DNA of 64,000 bases from an uncultured Chthonomonadaceae bacterium (GTDB lineage: Bacteria; Armatimonadota; Chthonomonadetes; Chthonomonadales; Chthonomonadaceae): NCBI GenBank assembly GCA_963817895.1, contig CAWFQB010000003.1, forward strand, positions 1-64,000. Direction: 5' to 3'. Within the stretch, counting starts at the first letter, position 1; each line of letters begins with the position of its first letter. This document shows positions 10,100 to 20,191 of the stretch, piece by piece. The notes beneath the pieces were generated by a model that was given only the letters and a program-made list of their open reading frames with translations, did no database searches and was not told where the DNA came from. A program made the translations under genes and the position numbers.

Positions 10100-11617
10100 T
10101 CATAACTGCGTAATAATGGAAACTGTCTGCGCCGCGACCGGCTTGCCCTGCGCGTTGAACACTTCCAGCGTGAGTTTGTGGCGTCCCGGCTTTACGCCCC
10201 CGGCGTTCCAGCGGCATACCCATTGATCCGGGTGACTGGCGCGATAGATGGGGTAGCCATCCACCTTGTACACAACCGTTACTTCATCGCCGGGAGAGCG
10301 GGCGAAACACGACAATTCCACATGTCCCCGCAAAACTTCGCCCTGACGCATGGGCATGGGAACGGCAAACGCGGGCTGTGGCGCGGTTGTGGATTCCGGC
10401 CTGTCCAGAAAATAGGGCGAACGGATGGCGTTGCGGTAAATGCCTAAAACGGTGGGATCATCGGTCACGGAGTAGTTGTTGTTGGCGGCTTTGGTGTACT
10501 TCATGTTGTTGCTGTCGAAGTAGTTGATGCACTTCACGCGGGGGTATAAACGGGGCAGGGCGGCGTACAGCGTGGCGATTTTACGGGCAGCGAAGTCGGC
10601 GCGAACCTGATTGTCGCAGGCGGCATAGTGGGTGGCGGCGAATTCGCAGATCATCATGGGTTTATGCGTGGCGTAGTGCGTGTACACCCAGTTGACAAAG
10701 TCGCTCGGATGCTCGGATTCGGCAGGCTCTCGCAGGCTGTTGTTGTGGTACGTGACGCTGTACATGTTGACCCCGACCCAGTCCGTCGCGTCTTCCCCCG
10801 GCCAGTATTTGGCGATGTCCACTTCGGGCGTCATGTAGGGACACCAGACGAGCGCGACATTGGGCGCGCGGCGATGCATCACGTCATGCACCAGTTTGAA
10901 CTTGCGCCGGTACTCGTCGGGATGGAAATGGTAGTTGACCCACTCGCCATTCATTTCGGACGCATAGCGCAGAAAAATCTTCGCGCCCGAACGCTTCATG
11001 TCGTCGGCCAGTTTTTGCAGGTAGGCGTCGTCTTTGACCATTTTCAGGCCGCTGTTGGGTTCCAGCGCGATATGCACCGTTTTGCCATGCGCCCCCAGCC
11101 AGCGCACCCATTCGAACGGCAGCGGGCGGCCATAGCCCATATAGAAAAAGTACACCGCGTGGGACTTCTGCACGATTTGCTCGAACCCGGCGGGGTCCTG
11201 GTGCGGCCAGGACTTGTCTATAATCACGGGGCGTTTCAAACTCGGGTCGAAATCAATAAAGGCTCCCAGGTAGCAGCCCAGGGCGGGTTCGTGCAGCGCG
11301 TGGGAGTTGCGGGCGGCGATCTCACCGGCAGTCGGCACGCGCGTCAGGTACAATTTCGCCTGCGCCTCCCGCGAACCGGCAACAGCGCATGAAACAGCGC
11401 CATTCCACAACAATACCAGAAATAACGAAAGCGGCAGAAGCCTGCGCAAAATACGCCATAACGATGCAGAGCAGCCAATCAGCAAGAGTAAATTCTTTCT
11501 ATGCCAGCAACATGCGGGTTTATCAGGTTTATAGTGGATGCGTTGTCCAATGAATACACCGGTGAACACACCGGGTTTCAATGGATGTGCTGGAAAGTAC
11601 GAGTGTCCTGGGGACAC
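10100..11617 (-). CDS. GH26-like glycoside hydrolase with C-terminal Ig-like domain (start uncertain)
   Basis: IALEP, IFLRYASEMNGEW, APNVALVWCP, YWPGEDATDWVGVNMY, KPMMICEF; C-terminal PGRHKLTLEVFNAQG. Confidence 0.8.
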   Translation of the reverse strand: MSPGHSYFPAHPLKPGVFTGVFIGQRIHYKPDKPACCWHRKNLLLLIGCSASLWRILRRLLPLSLFLVLLWNGAVSCAVAGSREAQAKLYLTRVPTAGEIAARNSHALHEPALGCYLGAFIDFDPSLKRPVIIDKSWPHQDPAGFEQIVQKSHAVYFFYMGYGRPLPFEWVRWLGAHGKTVHIALEPNSGLKMVKDDAYLQKLADDMKRSGAKIFLRYASEMNGEWVNYHFHPDEYRRKFKLVHDVMHRRAPNVALVWCPYMTPEVDIAKYWPGEDATDWVGVNMYSVTYHNNSLREPAESEHPSDFVNWVYTHYATHKPMMICEFAATHYAACDNQVRADFAARKIATLYAALPRLYPRVKCINYFDSNNMKYTKAANNNYSVTDDPTVLGIYRNAIRSPYFLDRPESTTAPQPAFAVPMPMRQGEVLRGHVELSCFARSPGDEVTVVYKVDGYPIYRASHPDQWVCRWNAGGVKPGRHKLTLEVFNAQGKPVAAQTVSIITQL

Positions 11618-11641
11618 AGAGTTCTTCAGGATAAGGACGGT

Positions 11642-11980
11642 TCAAGTTCCAGCAACTGAACTTTCGGCTGCTGTCTCCTCTTCTCCTTTTCTCCTTTTCT
11701 CCCCTTCTTCCTGTTCCGGCAGGGTCAGGTCGCCGTACTTGCCCTTGCGCGGACGGCGCGGCGGAACCGAATTGATACCGAGCGCGGTGTTGGGAAAGAA
11801 TTTGCGGGCGGCAAGGGCGTCGCGGTAGGGGTTGTAGTGGCACAGGGCGCGAAGTCCCAGCACTTCCGCGACGGTTACGCTGTCGGCCTTCTTTTTCGGG
11901 TTGGCTTTGCCGTCCGCGCACACGCGTTCGGTTCGGCTGTAACGGGGGCAATTCCAGCAGTGCATACGCTTTTCGGCCAT
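11642..11980 (-). CDS. Small Cys-containing hypothetical protein
   Basis: MAEKRMHCWNCPRY..VC.DGKANP..LCHYNPYRD, followed by a basic/acidic tail. Confidence 0.55.
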   Translation of the reverse strand: MAEKRMHCWNCPRYSRTERVCADGKANPKKKADSVTVAEVLGLRALCHYNPYRDALAARKFFPNTALGINSVPPRRPRKGKYGDLTLPEQEEGEKRRKGEEETAAESSVAGT

Positions 11981-12070
11981 AAGATCGCCACTCGCTTTTC
12001 TGCCCCGGCAGGCAGACACTCCCCTTGATAGAGATACGCTTTTGCGCTTGATTATTGTATCACAGATGTA

Positions 12071-15000
12071 TCACAGATTGACCCGCCCGGCAATTTCTGC
12101 CAGGGCCTGATCGCGCGACAGGGTTCGCCCCTGCGCCATTGCGGTTTCGCGCGCCTCCGCTCCCAACGCCTGCCGGAGTTCCTCCGCAAACTGTTCGACA
12201 TCCCTGGCATCTTCGGGCGCGGTCAACAACGCTTCGCCGACGCTCAACGGCTGCATCATGCCCCACAGCCGCGCCGCCAGCGCCGCGTTGCCCTGCGCGG
12301 CCTCCAATCTCGCCAGCAGCAGCAGCTCCTTCGCCAGCGTTGTCGGATCACCCACCTGTTCGCTGTCCCGCAGCGCCTCGCCAAGATACCGGCGGGCCTC
12401 CTGATAGGCTTGATTGTAAAACGCCAGTTTTGCCAGGCACAGTAGCGCCATCGCCTTGTTATATTTGCTGTTGAGTTTTTGATGCAGCGTCAGCGCCTCC
12501 ACAAAACACTTTTCCGCGCCCGCATAATCGCCCGTATTCATTCGGATCGTGCCGCAATTGAGCAGGCCCATGCCCAGCGCGTGGGGATTGTCCATTTTGC
12601 GCCCGGTTTCAAGCGCGGCCTCATGGAAGCGCAGAGCCGTTTCGTAATCGCCGTTTATTTCCGCCAACATGCCCAATCCGCTCAAACAGCGGCCTTCAGT
12701 ATAGAGATTGCCGGTTTGACGCCCCCATTGCAGGCTGGCCTCCAGGAGCTGCCGCGCTTCGCTGTAGCAGCCCTGTGTCCGCGCGACGTCGCTCAAGTTG
12801 CCCTGTAGTTTCGCGCAGAGTTCCGCATCTCCCTGGCTCTGCGCCCATGTCAGGGCTTCTTCGTAACAGACGCGCGCCTGGGCGCAATGCCCCTGATTTT
12901 TGTAAAACGCTCCCAGCCCGTTCAGCGCTTCCGCGCGCAAAAACCCTTCGATGGAGCCTGCGGGATGGTTCAAAAAAGCCTGAATATAGAAACGCGCTTC
13001 GCTGAAGTGATCCCGCATCATCCAGAAACGCCGCAGCGTATTCACAAAACGCATGCCTGTGTCGCGCGCTTCCAGGGTCGGTTCGCTCAGGCAGGCATCC
13101 AGCGCGGCCCGAAAATTGCCATGCTCCGCCTGTATCTCATGCAGCGCGCCGATCTGCCCTGCCCCCTCCAGTTCCTGGTCCCACTTTCGCGCGAAGTTCA
13201 GATAGAACTCCGCATGGCGCAGCCACAGCGCATCATTCTCACGCGATACCGATAGTTGTTCCCGCGCATACTGCCGCACTGTTTCCAGCAGACAATACCG
13301 CCCGATCCCATTCCGTTCCTCAAATACTACCAGCGACTTATCCACAAGGCCGGTGAGAGCATCTAACAAAGGCGGAAGGATGAAGGATGAAGGATGAATG
13401 GACTCGGCATTGTCTTCATCCTTCCGCCTTCCGCCTTCATCCTTTGCAATGGCTTCCGCCGCTTCCAGCGTCCAGCCGCCGGAAAAGACGGACAGGCGGG
13501 CTAACAGGCTTTTTTCGGAAGGGGTCAGCAGAGCCACGCTCCAGTCTATGAGCGCGCGCAGGGTCTGCTGCCGCGTGGACACCGGGGATGCGGAGGTGAG
13601 CAGGGTAAAGCAATCGTCCAGGCGCGACACAAGCTGCGGCAGCGACATGGCGCGCAGGCGTCCCGCCGCCAGTTCCAGCGCGAGGGGAATCCCGTCCAGG
13701 CGCAGGCAGAGGCGGGCGACCAGACAGGCATTTCGCGCTGTCAGCCGGAAGCCGGGACGCGCCTGACACGCCCGTTCCACAAAGAAAAGCACGGCGTCCG
13801 AGGCCAGCAGTTCCGGCAGGCTTTCCCGCGTTGCCCATTCCGGCGCGGTTTGTGTCCACCCGGCAAATTCCCACTCCGCATGGGGCAGGCCCAGCGACGG
13901 CACTCGCCAGGTCACTTCTCCCGCCAGTTCCAGAGGGCGTCGACTTGTCGCCAGAACTTGCAGCCCGACGGCGGATTGCAGCAGCAGGCTGACAATGCGG
14001 CCGCACTCCCCTGCCAGATGTTCGCAGTTGTCCAGAACCAGGAGTACGCGGCGCGGTCTGAACCAGTCGGCAAGCGTGGTTTCCAGTGGTTGTCCGGGCG
14101 TTTCCTGAACCTTTAGCGCGGAGGCTATCGCCGGCAGTACCTGTTCGGAACGCGACACACCGGAAAGATCAACGAACCAGACGCCCTGCGGATACGCGGC
14201 CCGATTTTCCGCCGCCACATGCGTTGCCAGGCGGGTCTTGCCCACGCCGCCCGTTCCAGTCAGCGTAACCAGGCGCGCGGCGCGCAGTTGTTCCCATACC
14301 TCTTCCGCCTCCTGTTCGCGCCCGATCAGCCGGGTCAGCGGCTGCGGCAGAAAAGAGTCGGCCCGATTTTCCGCTGCCGCATCGCGCCCGTTGGTGGAGT
14401 TGTTCTCTGTTGCCCCCCTGTGTTCCTCCTGACGCGCCGATACGGTTCCTTCCGGCAGGGGAGGCGCAGCCGGAAGAGAGATTGGCGACGGCAGAGCGGC
14501 TTGCCGAACGGAGGAGGAAACGGCAGGGGGCGGTGAAACGGTTTGTCGCGCCTCCTTTTGTATCCGTTGATACAGAGCAATGGTTTCGGCGGAGGGAGGC
14601 ATATTTAATTCCTGATGCAGATGCAGCCGCAAAGCGCGGTACGCCTGTATCGCGCTTCCCACCTCGCCCCCGGCAGCCAGTACCCGCATCAATTGCCCCT
14701 GCGCCGTTTCGCGCAGGGGATCAATCTCAATGATGGCCCGCAAATGCCGCGCCGCCGCGCCCCAATCCCCCGTTTCGTTCGCGTGTTCGGCAAGCGCTTG
14801 CCGCGCATCCAGATACGCCTGTTCGCGCGCGTTCCGCTCCGTCAGCGCCCATGCTACATCGAAGCCCTCCAGAAACGGGCCGCGATACAGCGCGACGGCC
14901 TCGCGCAGCGCGTCCGGCGTTCGCTGCCGCGTCAGTTTGTCAAACTGTAACGCGTCTATGCGCGCGCCCTCCGCGCTGAATTCCACCGTTCGGGACGTCG

Positions 15001-15316
15001 GGGACAGGATACGCCCGCCCTCCTTGCCAAGCAAGCCGCGAACAATGCTCAGGCTGCGGCGCAGGTTGTACAACGCCTGACTCTGTTCGCTGTCCGGCCA
15101 CAACATTCCGGCCAGCCAGTCGCGCTCCAGCGCTTGTCCGTGCCGCATTGCCAGCAGCGCCAGCAGCAAAAAATCCTTGCGCTGCTTCGGGCGCGGCGTC
15201 CGAACGCCGCTTATCAGTATCTCACCCGCGCCAAACAAGCGCAGGCACAGGGAAGCCTGCGCGTCCGGCGACGCGGCCCCTTCAGCCGTTGTTTCTCCGC
15301 CCGCCCACATTCCCAC
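12071..15316 (-). CDS. AfsR/SARP-like regulator: BTAD + STAND-type ATPase + TPR repeats
   Basis: LAGMLWPDS, ALYRGPFLEG, DPLRE (BTAD); RLVTLTGTGGVGKTRLA Walker A; LLVLDNCEHL, LATSR, LDGIPLALELAA, RQQTLRALIDWS; TPR C-terminus. Confidence 0.92.
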   Translation of the reverse strand: MGMWAGGETTAEGAASPDAQASLCLRLFGAGEILISGVRTPRPKQRKDFLLLALLAMRHGQALERDWLAGMLWPDSEQSQALYNLRRSLSIVRGLLGKEGGRILSPTSRTVEFSAEGARIDALQFDKLTRQRTPDALREAVALYRGPFLEGFDVAWALTERNAREQAYLDARQALAEHANETGDWGAAARHLRAIIEIDPLRETAQGQLMRVLAAGGEVGSAIQAYRALRLHLHQELNMPPSAETIALYQRIQKEARQTVSPPPAVSSSVRQAALPSPISLPAAPPLPEGTVSARQEEHRGATENNSTNGRDAAAENRADSFLPQPLTRLIGREQEAEEVWEQLRAARLVTLTGTGGVGKTRLATHVAAENRAAYPQGVWFVDLSGVSRSEQVLPAIASALKVQETPGQPLETTLADWFRPRRVLLVLDNCEHLAGECGRIVSLLLQSAVGLQVLATSRRPLELAGEVTWRVPSLGLPHAEWEFAGWTQTAPEWATRESLPELLASDAVLFFVERACQARPGFRLTARNACLVARLCLRLDGIPLALELAAGRLRAMSLPQLVSRLDDCFTLLTSASPVSTRQQTLRALIDWSVALLTPSEKSLLARLSVFSGGWTLEAAEAIAKDEGGRRKDEDNAESIHPSSFILPPLLDALTGLVDKSLVVFEERNGIGRYCLLETVRQYAREQLSVSRENDALWLRHAEFYLNFARKWDQELEGAGQIGALHEIQAEHGNFRAALDACLSEPTLEARDTGMRFVNTLRRFWMMRDHFSEARFYIQAFLNHPAGSIEGFLRAEALNGLGAFYKNQGHCAQARVCYEEALTWAQSQGDAELCAKLQGNLSDVARTQGCYSEARQLLEASLQWGRQTGNLYTEGRCLSGLGMLAEINGDYETALRFHEAALETGRKMDNPHALGMGLLNCGTIRMNTGDYAGAEKCFVEALTLHQKLNSKYNKAMALLCLAKLAFYNQAYQEARRYLGEALRDSEQVGDPTTLAKELLLLARLEAAQGNAALAARLWGMMQPLSVGEALLTAPEDARDVEQFAEELRQALGAEARETAMAQGRTLSRDQALAEIAGRVNL

Positions 15317-15706
15317 CGCAGCCCCTCCTCAACTTCCTGTCAGAGCAACGCGCTTCACGCCCGCATGCGTCGCCGCATGTTCGTAGAACACATCTGTCAC
15401 CCCGTAAAGTTTCCAGTTTTACGCCGGGAAGTCCTTTTTTGCGCCGAAAACTCCTTTGTTTTTGGAATGACACGTTTTTTGCGTGGTTTATGACACGGCT
15501 ACAGACACGTTTGCCGGACATACTGACAACACTCCTAAGTGGTATATCCACAGTGCCGGGGATTGTCGCCATGAAGCGCAAAGAGTTTGCCCCGGTATAC
15601 TCGGTGAAACGTTCGTTACAATGAGCAAACGGCGAACGTTTCACCCTTTTTTCAGACCCCTTTTCAACACTCTCCTTGCGTCCGGTGATTTCAACTTCTT
15701 TCAACA

Positions 15707-15736
15707 TTGACAATCTTCTCCCGCAGAGAGTATACT
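15707..15736 (+). promoter_or_regulatory. Sigma70-type promoter upstream of ffh
   Basis: TTGACA-N18-TATACT. Confidence 0.6.
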
Positions 15737-15900
15737 AATCAGTACAATCCGAATTGTGATTGCGATGCAGACAACGGAAGAGGCCCGATGTCGCCTGCGC
15801 CCACCGCTACCCTTTTCCCGGCGCGACGTCGGGTTTTGTGTCGCGTGTCGCCTGCGCATTATTTTTCGATGGTTTGTTCCGGTAACAAGGAAGTGTTCGC

Positions 15901-17334
15901 ATGTTTGAAAGCCTGTCCGACAAACTTCAAAAAGCGCTGTTTTCCCGGCTGCGCAACAGCGGCAAAGTGACAGAGGCCGATGTCAGCGAGGCCATGCGCC
16001 AGGTGCGCCTTGCCCTGCTGGAAGCCGATGTCAACCTGAAAGTGGTCAAAGACTTTACGGCCCGCGTCAAGGAGAAAGCCCTCGGCGTCGAGGTGCTGGA
16101 GAGCCTGAAGCCGTGGGAACAGGTTATTGATATTGTCAACAAAGAATTGATTGAACTGCTCGGCGGCGAACAGGTGGGCGTCACCATCGCTCCCAATCCG
16201 CCGACCATTATTATGCTGTGCGGCTTGCAGGGCGCGGGCAAAACCACGCTGACCGGGAAAATGGCCGCGTGGTATAAGAAGCAGGGCCGCAACCCGCTGA
16301 TGGTAGCCTGCGACATTTACCGTCCCGCCGCCGTCCGGCAACTTCAAGTATTAGGCGAACAGATCAAAATCCCCGTTTTCACCATTGACCCCCAGGAGAA
16401 GAAAGCCCCGCCCACCATTGCCATGCGCGCCGTCGAACTGGCAAAGGAAAACGGCAACGACATTGTGATTCTGGATACGGCGGGTCGGCTTGCCATTGAC
16501 AAAGAGCTGATGGACGAGTTGGGCCAGATGAAAGCGCGGGTGCAGCCGCACGAGATTTTACTGGTTGTGGACGCGATGGTCGGCCAGGACGCAGTCAACT
16601 TCGCCGAAGAGTTCAACAGCAAGCTGGACATTACCGGGTTCGTGATGACAAAAATGGATGGCGACACGCGCGGCGGCGCGGCCCTGTCCATCCGCTCCGT
16701 GACCGGCGTACCCATCAAGTTTATGGGCGTGGGCGAAAAGCTGGACGCGCTGGAGTTGTTTTATCCCGACCGTCTGGCCTCGCGCATCCTGGGCATGGGC
16801 GATATTCTCACGCTGATTGAAAAAGCGCAGGAGAATATTGACGAGAAAAAAGCCGAGGAGATGGAAGCAAAACTGCGCGAAAGCCGCTTCGATCTCAACG
16901 ACTTTCTGGATCAACTGGAGCAGATGAACAAGCTCGGCCCGATGGAAAACATCCTGAAGATGCTTCCAGGCATGAACAGCGAAATGCTGGATCAGTTCAA
17001 CAGTTCGGAAGCGCAGAAAATGCTGGCGCGCAAAAAAGCCATTGTGCAGTCCATGACGCCGCAGGAGCGCGGTAACCCCGCCATGCTCAACGGCCCCCGG
17101 CGTCGGCGCATCGCGCAGGGCTGCGGCATGAAGGTTCAGGAGATCAACCAGTTCCTGAATGAGTTCGAGCAGATGCGCAAGATGATTCGCATGATGATGG
17201 GACAAATGCCCGGCGGCAAGGGCGGGCCGGGTAAAGGTCCGTTCGGCAAGGGCGGGCCGGGTGGCCTGCCGCGCCGTCCCATCGGCCCCGGCCCCAAAAT
17301 GCCCCGATCCCCGTTCGGACGCAAGGGGCGTTAG
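15901..17334 (+). CDS. ffh: Signal recognition particle protein Ffh
   Basis: MFESLSDKLQ, ALLEADVN, GLQGAGKTT, DIYRPAA, DTAGRL, TKMDGDTRGGAALS, M domain with RRRRIAQGCG. Confidence 0.98.
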   Translation: MFESLSDKLQKALFSRLRNSGKVTEADVSEAMRQVRLALLEADVNLKVVKDFTARVKEKALGVEVLESLKPWEQVIDIVNKELIELLGGEQVGVTIAPNPPTIIMLCGLQGAGKTTLTGKMAAWYKKQGRNPLMVACDIYRPAAVRQLQVLGEQIKIPVFTIDPQEKKAPPTIAMRAVELAKENGNDIVILDTAGRLAIDKELMDELGQMKARVQPHEILLVVDAMVGQDAVNFAEEFNSKLDITGFVMTKMDGDTRGGAALSIRSVTGVPIKFMGVGEKLDALELFYPDRLASRILGMGDILTLIEKAQENIDEKKAEEMEAKLRESRFDLNDFLDQLEQMNKLGPMENILKMLPGMNSEMLDQFNSSEAQKMLARKKAIVQSMTPQERGNPAMLNGPRRRRIAQGCGMKVQEINQFLNEFEQMRKMIRMMMGQMPGGKGGPGKGPFGKGGPGGLPRRPIGPGPKMPRSPFGRKGR

Positions 17335-17688
17335 GTGATTGGTGGCTGGTGATTGGCTGTTTGTTTTGTTTTCGTTTTGCCGCGTGTTTGTTTTCGTTTT
17401 GCGGCCTGAAAGTTTCGCCTGTGCGCGATGTGGGATGGATGCGAAAACTGGTAATAGAAGTCGCCTTTATTGCCAAAAAATATGCGTTGATTTATCAGTG
17501 ACGGGGAACATGTTCTCTGTGCCAATCGTCAAAGAGAGAAGCCTCGTATTGAGCGGCGTGTCGCTCAATGGCCTCTGTTTGGCCCCGAATCGAATTGCGC
17601 AGCATCCATCTATTTTCCTGAACGACGTTTTCTTCCAGTAATATAGAGGAGAGCCGCTTCGTTTCCCGTTTGAAAGGAGCCTTGCAGA

Positions 17689-17979
17689 GTGCCAGTCAAG
17701 ATACGTTTGAAGCGCATGGGCGCAAAAAAGCATCCCATTTACCGCGTGGTCGTTGCTAACAGCACGGAAGCGCGCGATGGTCGCTTTATTGACACAATCG
17801 GAACCTACGATCCGAATGTGGATCCTCCCGCCGTCACCTTTGACGAGGAGAAAGCCCTTCGCTGGCTCGGTTACGGGGCGCAGCCGACCGACACCACCCG
17901 CGCTCTGCTCAAAAAGCAGGGCCTCCTGGACCGTCTAGCGGCGGTGAAAGCCGCGCCGCGCCAGGACTCTTCCCAATAG
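17689..17979 (+). CDS. rpsP: 30S ribosomal protein S16
   Basis: [52 protein letters not shown] with GTG start. Confidence 0.97.
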   Translation: MPVKIRLKRMGAKKHPIYRVVVANSTEARDGRFIDTIGTYDPNVDPPAVTFDEEKALRWLGYGAQPTDTTRALLKKQGLLDRLAAVKAAPRQDSSQ

Positions 17980-18055
17980 GACGGACGCATGGGCAGCGTG
18001 TGTTGCCCGAACGAGCCACAGGTGAATCGTGGAATATAGCGAAGGAGTCACAACA

Positions 18056-18286
18056 ATGCACAACCTCATCGAGTATCTGGTCAAAGCCCTCGTGGACGAA
18101 CCGGATTTGGTCGAGATTAAAGAAGTTCCTCAGGAAGAAGCGACCACGTATGAAGTGCGCGTGGCTCCCGGCGATCTGGGCAAAGTGATCGGCAAGCAGG
18201 GACGCATCGCCAACGCTTTGCGCACCGTCGCCAAAGCCGCCGCCATGAAGAACAAGCGCAAGGTCTACGTCGAAATCATCGCTTAA
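18056..18286 (+). CDS. khpA: KH domain RNA-binding protein (KhpA/YlqC)
   Basis: LIEYLVKALVD, DLGKVIGKQGRIANALRT; lies between rpsP and rimM. Confidence 0.93.
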   Translation: MHNLIEYLVKALVDEPDLVEIKEVPQEEATTYEVRVAPGDLGKVIGKQGRIANALRTVAKAAAMKNKRKVYVEIIA

Positions 18287-18376
18287 CAGGGCGCGTTCAG
18301 GCGCGTTTACTAATCTACGCGAAAACATCGTCTTGACTCCGCGCGGTCTGATCTGCCCCATATCAATCTCTGGTGT

Positions 18377-18967
18377 ATGGCAGAAGCGGGCAACAGCGGG
18401 GAGGAAGACGGTGCATTGCCTGTGAAAATGATGCAGTTAGAAGAGTGGAGCCTGACAATCGGAGAGATCGTTGCTCCTTTCGGGCTGGCGGGGGAGATGA
18501 AGGTTCGGCTTGAAACGGATTTCCCCGAACGCTTCACCAAATTGCGTGAAGTATGCGTCCGCCGATCCCCGGAAGACGCGCAGCTTTGCGCGGTGGAAAG
18601 CGTTCGCCCGCACAAAGGGCAAATCCTCCTGCGACTGCGCGGCGTGGCTTCCATTGAGGAGGCCGAAACTCTCCGCAACACGTTTTTGCAGGTGCGTCCG
18701 CAGGATGCTGTGCGCCTGCCCAAAAATGAATACTACATTCACGAACTTGTCGGGTGCGATGTTTTTCTGGATACCGGACGCCTTTTAGGTCGGTTGAACT
18801 CTATCCTGCGCGGCGGCGGCAATGATGTGTATGTCATCGGTGAGGGCAAGGACGAAATTCTCCTCCCCGCCATCAAAGACGTTGTGCGCGAAGTAGATTT
18901 AACCCGCCGCCGTATCGTCGTATCGCCCACGCCCGGATTGCTGCCGGGTGAGGCGGAAGAAGCGTGA
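18377..18967 (+). CDS. rimM: Ribosome maturation factor RimM
   Basis: IGEIVAPFGLAGEMKV..TDFPERF, EYYIHELVGC, GGNDVYV, ILLPAIKDVV; synteny. Confidence 0.95.
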   Translation: MAEAGNSGEEDGALPVKMMQLEEWSLTIGEIVAPFGLAGEMKVRLETDFPERFTKLREVCVRRSPEDAQLCAVESVRPHKGQILLRLRGVASIEEAETLRNTFLQVRPQDAVRLPKNEYYIHELVGCDVFLDTGRLLGRLNSILRGGGNDVYVIGEGKDEILLPAIKDVVREVDLTRRRIVVSPTPGLLPGEAEEA

Positions 18968-18970
18968 AGA

Positions 18971-19101
18971 GGTAGGTAGGTAGATGGGTAGATGGGTAGA
19001 TAGGTAGTAACAGTTGCTTCATGCTTTATAACCGTAGAGTATGAGCAAACCTACCAGCGTATTTCTACCCATCTACTCATCTACCTACCTACCTATCTAC
19101 C
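18971..19101. repeat. Inverted (GGTAGATG)n / (CATCTACC)n octamer arrays; related copies at about 7371-7435, 20638-20757 and 23199-23325
   Basis: ggtaggtaggtagatgggtagatgggtagataggtag ... ctacccatctactcatctacctacctacctatctacc. Confidence 0.85.
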
Positions 19102-20191
19102 ATGCAAATTGACATCCTCACCGTGCTGCCCGAAATGGTTGCGGGCGCGCTGGAGCATAGCATTATCAAGCGGGCGCGGGAGCGCGGGCTGATTACCATC
19201 AATGTAATCAACCTGCGCGATTTTACGTTTGACCGGCATAAAACCACGGATGATATTCCCTACGGCGGCGGGGGCGGCATGATTATGAAAGTCGAGCCGA
19301 TTGCCCGCGCGCTGGCGCATTTGACCGCTTCTCATACTTCGCACGACGGCAAGCCCTTACGCGAATCTTCCCGCTGAAAATCCCGCATCCGCGCTTTCCC
19401 CGCCCGAAATTCCGTTTCCCGCATTGGAAAATACGCTTGTTGGTGTGGAAAGTGAAACAAAGGGGCCACAAAACGGCGTAAATGAGGTAAAGTATACGGC
19501 GGGAATGATTGGCAGCCGGGAACGCCCGCGCGTTGTTCTGACCGATCCACGCGGCCCGCGCTTTACACAGGTAACGGCGCAGCAGTGGGCGCGGGAAGAG
19601 CATCTTATTCTGCTTTGCGGCCATTATGAGGGCGTGGACGAGCGCGTTCGACAACATCTGGTTACGGATGAGATTTCTCTGGGCGATTACATTCTGACGG
19701 GTGGCGAACTGCCCGCCCTGATAATCGCCGACGCGCTGACTCGTTTGCAGCCGGACGCGCTTGGCGACAGCCTGGCTCCCGATAAAGATACGTTTGCCGA
19801 TAATCTATTGGAGTATCCGCACTACACCCGCCCCCGCGAGTTTCAGGGCTGGCCCGCGCCGGACATACTCCTGTGCGGACACCACGCCGAAATCGAACGC
19901 TGGCGGCGCTGGCATCAACTGCGGGCCACGCGGGAACGCCGCCCCGACCTGTTCGCGCGGCTGAACCTGTCCGCGAAGGATTGGAAACTGTTAGACGGGG
20001 AGGAACCGACCGCTCCTCCCGACTCGAAGGCCGCTGCTCATAAAGCGTCTGCGCCCGGAAGGGAACCGGACACGAAGCAAGCCGCACCGGACGACACGCG
20101 CATGGCTGTCGGCAATCCTGCCGCGCCTGCCCTCGGCCCGGACACTGCTGAACCGCTGGAAGAAGAGGAAACTAATGGCACTGGGATATGA
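19102..20191 (+). CDS. trmD: tRNA (guanine-N1)-methyltransferase TrmD with an insertion of about 60 aa and a frameshift at about 19325-19375
   Basis: [25 protein letters not shown] in frame 1; [43 protein letters not shown] in frame 2. Confidence 0.93.

Noticed and set aside
15740..17690. SRP RNA (ffs) near ffh
   Set aside because: No CAGG..GNRA..AGCAG domain IV motif found in the flanking intergenic regions.
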